From: Caldisericota bacterium
Lineage (GTDB): Bacteria; Caldisericota; JANLFM01
Assembly (NCBI GenBank): GCA_024655865.1
Contig: JANLFM010000006.1
Coordinates: forward strand, 16,183 to 80,182
Direction of reading: 5' to 3'
DNA: 64,000 bases
Program-made: the position numbers and the translations under genes
The notes under the pieces: model-generated
The model's input: only the letters and a program-made list of their open reading frames with translations
What the model was told of the DNA's origin: nothing
Database searches by the model: none
Part shown: one piece after another, positions 47,503 to 54,390 of the stretch
Position numbering within the stretch: the stretch's first letter is position 1
Layout: each line of letters begins with the position of its first letter

Positions 47503-47870
47503 GGTCCCCTGGTTATTCGGGCCCCTTCGATTCCAGCTTTATAGAGCAGCCCGCAGGTAACGAAAACGATGAGCTCCGTGGATACTACGATTACTCCTTT
47601 TTCCTCACCCAGGGTTATCGTTTCCCAGGGGACGCGTTTCCCTCGGGCCACGATTACCATGGGAATGTCCATGAGCACTGCTGTGCGCACAATTTGAGGG
47701 TTAGTTATTCCTGTTATCAGGACCACGTCCCTGTTCTCTACTTCCACCAGGGCCAGTACGTCGCTTAATAAGTCAGCGGCGAATCCCCTTTTAATTTCCA
47801 CTTCATCCAGCAGGGATTCTCCGGATAGGACTTTGCCCTTAATTAAGCTCACAATTTCTCGCGCTCTCAT
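47499..47870 (-). CDS. DRTGG-domain protein
   Basis: FAADLLSDVL..LITG..Q.VRTA..CGLLY. Confidence 0.9.
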   Translation of the reverse strand: MRAREIVSLIKGKVLSGESLLDEVEIKRGFAADLLSDVLALVEVENRDVVLITGITNPQIVRTAVLMDIPMVIVARGKRVPWETITLGEEKGVIVVSTELIVFVTCGLLYKAGIEGARITRGP

Positions 47871-47886
47871 CTTCCCTATTCTACAC

Positions 47887-47921
47887 CAAAAATAGGGACA
47901 GTCCCTATTTTTTTCTGGGCC
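47887..47921. repeat. 35-bp direct repeat, copy 1, containing a REP-like palindrome; supplies the transposase stop codon
   Basis: CAAAAATAGGGACAGTCCCTATTTTTTTCTGGGCC, identical to 48584-48618. Confidence 0.95.
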
Positions 47922-48567
47922 TTCCCCTCAGCTTCGGAAGCGCCTCCTGGCCGAGCCTTTTTATAATTTCCTCCGCCCACCCTCTGCTTCCGAAAGGGAC
48001 CTGCCTGTTGGCACAGGCTCTCAATTTTTCCAGCTCTCCGGGGCTTACTGCTTCCATGACATAGGTGCCCCAGTCTCGGGGAAGAGGGACCGGGCTGGCA
48101 TCAAGAAGGGGGATCTTCACGTTTCCCCCTTCCCTTTCCCGGAAAGAAGACCACTTCCACTCGCCAGGAAGAGAGGCCAATCCCGCCCTCAAGGGATTGG
48201 CCTCCACATAGCGCATAACCATGAGAAAATGCTCGTCCTCCTGAACGAGAAAGCATCGGAAGCGGTCCTGCCAGATGTGGCCGCTCGTCCCATGCTCCTT
48301 GTGATAGCGGCGAACATGGCTGGTGCAAAGCCAGTGCATTCCCCGGCTCAGGTCTTTACCCTCTGGAGAAGAGAGGACCAGATGAAAGTGGTTGGGCATC
48401 AGGCAATAAGAAAAAATTGACCAGAAATACTTTTCCTTCGTTTCCTTAAGCAGCTGGAGGAAGGAGAGATAGTCCTTTTCCTTGTAGAAAACGGTCTGCC
48501 TGCCATTCCCCCGGTTGAGCACGTGGTAAATTGCTCCCCCGATGACATTTCGAGCTGTCCGTGGCAT
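47905..48567 (-). mobile_element. REP-associated tyrosine transposase (RAYT/TnpA-REP, Y1 HUH family)
   Basis: MPR..R, YHVLNRGN, YCLMPNHFHL (HUH), GHIWQDRF, RYVEANP (catalytic Tyr), WSS and GRP tail; flanked by palindromic repeats; no tnpB. Confidence 0.92.
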
Positions 48568-48583
48568 CCTCAGTTTCCTCCTT

Positions 48584-48649
48584 CAAAAATAGGGACAGTC
48601 CCTATTTTTTTCTGGGCCCGGCGATCCGCTTCCAGAACCTCTTCCAGAG
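48584..48649. repeat. REP-like repeat copy 2, extended by a copy of the dxr 3' end (65-bp direct repeat)
   Basis: 48585-48649 matches 52751-52815 at 61 of 65 positions. Confidence 0.93.
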
Positions 48650-48717
48650 CTACCCTTCTAATAAATCCAGCGCCCCAGCAGCCAAAGTCTCTGAATCTCT
48701 GGAAATCTCTGAGAAGA

Positions 48718-48726
48718 ATTATAGCA
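48718..48726 (-). promoter_or_regulatory. Extended -10 (TGCTATAAT) pointing at the transposase
   Basis: Perfect TGnTATAAT about 150 nt upstream of the RAYT ATG, which has SD AAGGAGG. Confidence 0.5.
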
Positions 48727-48856
48727 AAACTGGGGCCGCATCCCTTGGGAGCATGAATCCTTTGACGAACAAGCCTTTAATCGCTTTCACCCATTCTTTA
48801 AATTTCGGCAAAAAATCAAAAAACTGAAAATCTGAAAATCGACAGGCTGCAAATAA

Positions 48857-48881
48857 GGAGGGGCGCGCCCTGCGCCCCTCC
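48857..48881 (-). terminator. Rho-independent terminator of the nucleotidase gene
   Basis: Stem GGAGGGGCGC/GCGCCCCTCC followed by TTATTT on the minus strand. Confidence 0.75.
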
Positions 48882-48882
48882 C

Positions 48883-48908
48883 AAAAAAATGGGGACAGTC
48901 CCCAGTTT
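48883..48908. repeat. REP-like palindrome, variant copy 3
   Basis: AAAAAAATGGGGACAGTCCCCAGTTT: both arms changed together (A-T pair to G-C) relative to TAGGGAC-A-GTCCCTA. Confidence 0.85.
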
Positions 48909-51900
48909 ATGGGGCTATCGTAATCCGGCCCTCAATGGCTGCCGTGATGGGGGTATTGGCGGGAGGAGTCCCGAACTTCCAGAGGATATAATCGATGAAC
49001 GCTGTGAGATCGCGAATGGCGGTGCGCTGGACGTTAGTCCCCTGGAGGAAGACCGTAAATTTGTCTCCGCCTGTGGCGATGAATTCATTACACACCACAC
49101 TGTACTTAGTTGCTGGATCGATAGGCGTCCCGTCCTCCAGGGTCAGGGAGACAATCCTTGATCCCGGAGGGTTGGTTGGCCTGTAAGAGTACTTGATTCC
49201 GGAGATCTGAAGCGTCCTCGTGGCAGTCTGCGTGGGCGGCCACTGCTGCTCGAGAAGGGCGGCAATCTGGGCCCCCGTGAGCTCCATAGTCACAAGCTCG
49301 TTATCGAAGGGCTGGATGGTATAGAGGTCTCCCCAGGTCACATCCTTGGGATAGGAAGTGCCCACAAGGTCCGCGCGGATTCCGCCCGGGTTCATGAAGG
49401 CAATCTGGGTCCCCGTTTTCCACCTCTGGGAATCAGCGATCAGGTTGCCCAGAGCGGACTCCCCAGCGGTATTCTGAGTTCGTGTGATGGGGCCGGTTAT
49501 AGTCCCCAGTACCTGGTTGACGATGGGGGCAATAGCGTCCTTGTAGTACTGGACTAAGGCCGCGATTTCGGGATCAGGTGTGATGCCTGCATTATATGTG
49601 GTGATCACGGAGAGGTCATAGGAGAAGAGCTTGTTGTTCAGGCGGTCCACCCGGAGTTTAGCTACTCCTAAAGCGGTCCCGGAGGAGTAAGCCTGGGTGA
49701 TGGGTATGGAGTTCGCCGTCCCGGCGATATTGGTGTGGGAGTGTCCGGAAACGATGTAATCCACACCCGTGAGGTTCTGGGCCAGGGTTGCTACTTCACC
49801 CGTGATCACCTTGGTCGTGGTATCCTGCGTTCCTCCCATGTGCGCCAGGACGATAATCACGTTCACACCAGAGGCTCGCAATTGCTGCGCTAACTGGTTA
49901 ATTATCGGCGCCGGATCCCTGAATTCCAGTCCCGCAAGGTTTCCCGCCATGACGATTGAGGGGGTCTCCAGCGTGGTGGCTCCGATCAATCCGATCTTCA
50001 GGCCCTTGGCCTGGATAATCGTGTAGGGCTTAATCCAGGAAGGTCGATCATTGGTACCAGCCGTGAAGATGTTGCAGGATAAACGGGGGAAATCAGCCTG
50101 GGCAACGCGCTCCTGGAGCACTGCCTGCCCCCAGTCGAACTCATGGTTACCGAATGCGGAAGCCTGATATCCCATGTGATTGAAGACGTCGATCACGGAT
50201 TCACCCTTGACCAGATTGGAGATGGGCGTTCCCTGCATGGTGTCCCCGGCGTCCACAAGGATTGTTCCTAAGGGATTCTGAGCGCGATAGTTTTTGATAT
50301 ACGTCATATTGTACGCAGCGCCGCCAGCCCACTGCCCGGATACTGTCTTGGGCTCAAGCTGTCCGTGGAAGTCGTTGGTGGAAAGGACGGTTAAAGAGGG
50401 ATACCTGGTCTCAGAGATCCACTGGAGTGCGGTCCAGTTGGTCAGGGCGGCTTTAGGATTAAGAGAGGACTGTCCGTAGAAAAGTCCTATCTGTATACTG
50501 TAAGTGTAAGCCGAGGCGGACCAAGGGGAAATGCTCTTATAGTCGCCAAAATCGTCCAGAAGCGTCCAGTCAACTGAAGGAGAAACAATACCGCTCATCG
50601 CCTGGTTCACGAGGAAAACCTGCGCACGCTCGGCATCAAAGGCCGTAGGCAGGTCTCGGGACAGAAGCAGGTATCTTTTGCCTGTTTTCTTATCAAGAAC
50701 AGTCACATTGGACGGCCCGCCTTTAAGACTTAAATTGGCATTAACAAAAAGATCGTTTGCGCTATAAGAGAACTTTAAAACGCTTGAGGTAGCAAATATC
50801 CTGGAAGCAGAACGGACGCCGTAGGTTTTCTCCCCCGCAAAGAACTGAAACTTCTTGTTCGATACATCCACCACAATCGCCGTTTTTCTTGAGGGATCCG
50901 CAAAAAGGTACGTCTTTTCGCTGGGCTCACCAAAAGCCAACCCCAGAAGCGCAAGATAAGAATCCTTTGTTATCACCTCATTGGGGCGGAGGAAGTTATC
51001 CGGGTAAAGACTCCAGTTCTTGATGAAGATAGCATTGGGGTCAAGCGGTGAATGAGCCTCTACCCATTGCACAATCAGATCCCTGACTTCCGTTGTGGAG
51101 CTGTAGAGTACGGTGGCGCCTCTGGGTACGAACTGCCCCGTGGCACGGTAGTTGTTCACCGCTACCCTGATCTTCTGGCTCATAGAGATGGGCACGCCGT
51201 TTAATTTCAAATCGAAGATCCTCTGGCCAGGCGGCTTTGTGATGTCAATCTTATATTGAATCCCGGACCACATGTCGTAGTTGTAATCCCTAACAGCAGG
51301 ATTCTTGGTAACCCCCGTGGGGCTGAAATCGTAGGTATTGAAGTACTGAGCCGTCCACTCCAAGACGTCTTTGACAATTTGACCCGTGGCCTCAACCACG
51401 TAAAGAGTGTTGTCGTAAATATAAAGACCGTAAATGTCCTTTAGTCTGATGGGGCCTTGTGCTAATTGTGCCGCATCAGTGAACAGAGCAGCGCAGGAAG
51501 CATCAACGGGATAACCGGCGGCTGCAGCCGCTTCAGTTTGTACCAGGTTAATCAGATCAGCCGTGGGACCATCCTGAATGCGAGCGGGGAATCCACCGGG
51601 GAAGGGCCCAAGAGCCTCTCCCACCGGGGTGTTCACGTAAGTCCTTGTGGCATCATGATAGGGTTGCATGGTAGCAAGGAAGCCGGAATCCTCCGCCACG
51701 GCATCCATGGATTGAACAACTCCGGACTTGGAGGAGACCGTCCAATCGGAGCCCGATCCGGTGAGATTCAGCGTGACATCGCAGACGTCCCTTCCGGCGT
51801 TGCGCGGGGCTACGATTAATACTCCATTAACCGTGGTATTCACCACCACGTGAGCGTGTCCCGCGAGGATAACATCCACTCCAGAAACGTTATTGGCCAG

Positions 51901-52647
51901 ATCAAGGATGAAGTTCTCCTCGTGTCCATAGCCGTAGGTGACATCGGTTCCCGAATGGGCGGCGATCACAATCACATCTGCTCCAGCCGCTCTCATCTGG
52001 GGGACATAAGTATTTGCTTCCGCAACCGGATCGGTGAAGCTCAGCCCGGCGATGTTTTCCGGTTTCTCCCAGTGTGGGATGGCCTGGTTGGTCAGTCCTA
52101 AAATTCCCACCTGCACTCCTCCGATATCCTTGATTGTGTAGGGAGTGTAGGCCGGGGTATTGTCCGCTGTTTTCCTCACGTTGGCCGCAAGAACGGGGAA
52201 GCTGGCCTCAGAGATGAACTTTCCCAAGACAGTCTGGCCGAAGTTGAACTCGTGATTGCCCAGGGTCATGGCATCGTAGCCGATGTAGTTCATAGCTACC
52301 GCCATGGGATTGGGATCTGTGGGACGAAGGACGTTATAAAGGTAGTTTACCGGAGTCCCCTGAATGGTGTCTCCGTTGTCAATCACAAGGGTATAAGGGT
52401 TGGCGGCCCTTACCTGGTTAACGTAGGTACAAATTTTTGCCATCCCTCGCTTGGAGCTCGTGATGGCGGTGTCGGAAAAGTAATCCCAGTTCTGAATCTG
52501 ACCGTGGATGTCGGATGTCCCGATCAACCTCAGGGTCCTGGATTCAGCTGCACTTGCAGGACCAACGGTGAAGGTGAAAGAAAAGAAAAGGACGAAAGCG
52601 AGAAGAAAACTGAGAAACCTAACCCCTTTTGACTCTCTCAATCTCAA
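48907..52647 (-). CDS. Secreted tandem 2',3'-cyclic phosphodiesterase / 5'-nucleotidase (YfkN-like) with a central SLH-like region
   Basis: Signal peptide; two metallophosphoesterase modules (TSDIHG/GDTIQG/GNHEF/GHAH and TNDFHG/GDTMQG/GNHEF/GHSH), each followed by a 5'-nucleotidase C domain. TTG start at 52647 is favoured by the SD. Confidence 0.92.
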   Translation of the reverse strand: MRLRESKGVRFLSFLLAFVLFFSFTFTVGPASAAESRTLRLIGTSDIHGQIQNWDYFSDTAITSSKRGMAKICTYVNQVRAANPYTLVIDNGDTIQGTPVNYLYNVLRPTDPNPMAVAMNYIGYDAMTLGNHEFNFGQTVLGKFISEASFPVLAANVRKTADNTPAYTPYTIKDIGGVQVGILGLTNQAIPHWEKPENIAGLSFTDPVAEANTYVPQMRAAGADVIVIAAHSGTDVTYGYGHEENFILDLANNVSGVDVILAGHAHVVVNTTVNGVLIVAPRNAGRDVCDVTLNLTGSGSDWTVSSKSGVVQSMDAVAEDSGFLATMQPYHDATRTYVNTPVGEALGPFPGGFPARIQDGPTADLINLVQTEAAAAAGYPVDASCAALFTDAAQLAQGPIRLKDIYGLYIYDNTLYVVEATGQIVKDVLEWTAQYFNTYDFSPTGVTKNPAVRDYNYDMWSGIQYKIDITKPPGQRIFDLKLNGVPISMSQKIRVAVNNYRATGQFVPRGATVLYSSTTEVRDLIVQWVEAHSPLDPNAIFIKNWSLYPDNFLRPNEVITKDSYLALLGLAFGEPSEKTYLFADPSRKTAIVVDVSNKKFQFFAGEKTYGVRSASRIFATSSVLKFSYSANDLFVNANLSLKGGPSNVTVLDKKTGKRYLLLSRDLPTAFDAERAQVFLVNQAMSGIVSPSVDWTLLDDFGDYKSISPWSASAYTYSIQIGLFYGQSSLNPKAALTNWTALQWISETRYPSLTVLSTNDFHGQLEPKTVSGQWAGGAAYNMTYIKNYRAQNPLGTILVDAGDTMQGTPISNLVKGESVIDVFNHMGYQASAFGNHEFDWGQAVLQERVAQADFPRLSCNIFTAGTNDRPSWIKPYTIIQAKGLKIGLIGATTLETPSIVMAGNLAGLEFRDPAPIINQLAQQLRASGVNVIIVLAHMGGTQDTTTKVITGEVATLAQNLTGVDYIVSGHSHTNIAGTANSIPITQAYSSGTALGVAKLRVDRLNNKLFSYDLSVITTYNAGITPDPEIAALVQYYKDAIAPIVNQVLGTITGPITRTQNTAGESALGNLIADSQRWKTGTQIAFMNPGGIRADLVGTSYPKDVTWGDLYTIQPFDNELVTMELTGAQIAALLEQQWPPTQTATRTLQISGIKYSYRPTNPPGSRIVSLTLEDGTPIDPATKYSVVCNEFIATGGDKFTVFLQGTNVQRTAIRDLTAFIDYILWKFGTPPANTPITAAIEGRITIAP

Positions 52648-52744
52648 TTGACATACCCCCCTCTGCAAAATTCGGTTTTCAAGTTTTTCAAGCTTTTTCT
52701 CAAAAACCAGGATATTTTTAGTTTAAAACCACCAAAAGAAAAGT

Positions 52745-53911
52745 TCAATAAAAAATAGGGACTGTCCCTATTTTTTTTCGGGCCCAGCGATCCGCTTCCA
52801 GAACCTCTTCCAGAGTCTCCCCCGAAAGGGGCACGTGGCAGGACAGCACTTCCTCCACTACTTGAACGATTCTGGTAAACGAAATCCTTCCCCCAAGGAA
52901 GGCCTCAACCGCTACCTCATCCGCGGCAGAGAGCACGGTGGGTGCGGTGCCTCCCATCTCGAGGGCCAGATATGCAAGCCTCAGAGCCGGGAAGCGCTCC
53001 AGGTCAGCCCTTTGGAACTCTAACTTCCCCACCTCCGCCAGATCCAGTGTACGGACGAGGGAGGGAAGCCTCTCCGGATAAAGGAGGGCATACTGAATGG
53101 GAAGCCTCATATCAGGGACCGAGAGCTGGGCCAGCATAGCCCCGTCCTTGAACCGAACCAAGGAATGAACCACGCTCTGGGGATGAATTAGGACCTCGAT
53201 CTTCTCCGGAGGCAGTCCAAACAAATAGTGGGCCTCGATCACCTCCAATCCTTTATTCATCAAAGTGGCAGAATCTACCGTGATCTTTTTCCCCATCTTC
53301 CAGACAGGGTGAGCCAGGGCCTCCTCCACCGTCACCCTTTCAAGCTCGGCCGGGTTCCGGCGCCAGAATGGTCCCCCGCTGGCGGTGAGGACGATCTTGT
53401 CCACAGCCTCCATCGACTCCCCTTGCAGGCACTGGAAAATCGCCGAGTGCTCGGAGTCCACAGGGATCAAGCGCCCTCCCCCTTCTTTGATTGCCCTCTC
53501 TACCAGCTTCCCCCCGGCAACCAGCGCCTCCTTCGTAGCCAGAGCTACGGTCTTCCCTCTTCTCAAAGCCTCCAGAGTGGGTGCCAGGCCCGCGATCCCC
53601 ACAACCGCCACGAGCACAAGATCCACATCCTCCCTCGTTACGAGCTCCACGAGCCCCTCCTCCCCCAGATAGAGGCCGGTTCCGGGGGGAAGGAATGAGC
53701 CGAGAAGGTTCGCTCTCGAAGGATCGGTGGAGGCCGGGTGGGTAAGTGCCACAGCTTTTGGATGATGCCGCAACACGATCTTTCCCAGCTCTTCCACGGA
53801 GCGGGAAGCAGAAACCCCTACGAGCTCCAGGCGCTCGGGGAAGCGCTCCACGACCTCAAGAGCCTGTCTGCCAATGGAACCTGTGGCGCCTAAAATTGAA
53901 ATGCGCTTCAT
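52745..53911 (-). CDS. dxr: 1-deoxy-D-xylulose-5-phosphate reductoisomerase
   Basis: LGATGSIG, PVDSEH, LTASGGPF, W.MG.KITVDSATLMNKGLE and PDMRLPI. Confidence 0.97.
   Translation of the reverse strand: MKRISILGATGSIGRQALEVVERFPERLELVGVSASRSVEELGKIVLRHHPKAVALTHPASTDPSRANLLGSFLPPGTGLYLGEEGLVELVTREDVDLVLVAVVGIAGLAPTLEALRRGKTVALATKEALVAGGKLVERAIKEGGGRLIPVDSEHSAIFQCLQGESMEAVDKIVLTASGGPFWRRNPAELERVTVEEALAHPVWKMGKKITVDSATLMNKGLEVIEAHYLFGLPPEKIEVLIHPQSVVHSLVRFKDGAMLAQLSVPDMRLPIQYALLYPERLPSLVRTLDLAEVGKLEFQRADLERFPALRLAYLALEMGGTAPTVLSAADEVAVEAFLGGRISFTRIVQVVEEVLSCHVPLSGETLEEVLEADRWARKKIGTVPIFY
52751..52815. repeat. REP-like palindrome copy 4 (central base inverted) inside the dxr 3' end
   Basis: AAAAATAGGGACTGTCCCTATTTTTTTT encodes the dxr C-terminal KKIGTVPIF. 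Confidence 0.93.
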
Positions 53912-54243
53912 ACACAGGATTATAACTTTATTATTAATAAAAAGGGCGGTCCCTACTGCACTTTTTCACATGCGCCCGGACAATAGGATTAATTTCCACT
54001 TTCATGTGAGCAGTCGCAGTGGCAGTGGTCCTTTTAAATTAAATGCTTCTTTTATACCTCTTCGAAGACTTTAGTGTTCCCTATCCATCCTTAAAACAGG
54101 GTGCTGGCTTAACCGCTCCAGGACCGTTTACCGGAAGCCCGAACTAATTCTCAACCCTATTCCGTTACACTGCTTTTTAATCCTTGAAGTCTTAAGATCC
54201 TTCAACTACAGAAATTTTCAAAAATAATTTGCTACTTCGCTGG

Positions 54244-54269
54244 AAATGCCTATAATAAATGCCTATAAT
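54244..54269 (+). promoter_or_regulatory. Tandem duplicated -10 element AAATGCCTATAAT x2 upstream of the S8 protease
   Basis: Exact 13-bp tandem repeat; each copy ends in TATAAT. Confidence 0.6.
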
Positions 54270-54390
54270 TCCGTTAAAAGCACGTTCAGAATCGGAGGGC
54301 AAAGAAAGCAAAAAGAAAGAAGGGGGGTTTGTAGTAAAAAATAATTTTAAATTTAAGCTAAAAGCCTTTTAAGGAAAGGAGGTTCGAATT

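Noticed and set aside
47905..48567. IS200/IS605 element with TnpB
   Set aside because: No tnpB. Length and motifs (NRG, WQDRF, NP, WSS, GRP tail) fit RAYT-type proteins.
48570..48780. A second dxr gene or small ORF ending in LEEVLEADRRAQKKIGTVPIF
   Set aside because: Similarity covers only 65 bp and the frame has no start codon before the upstream stop, so it is treated as a duplicated end. The plus-strand ORFs 48523-48756 and 48561-48827 lack support.
47887..52815. Palindromic repeats as a CRISPR array
   Set aside because: Spacing is irregular (0.3-3.9 kb), genes lie between the copies and no cas genes are present.
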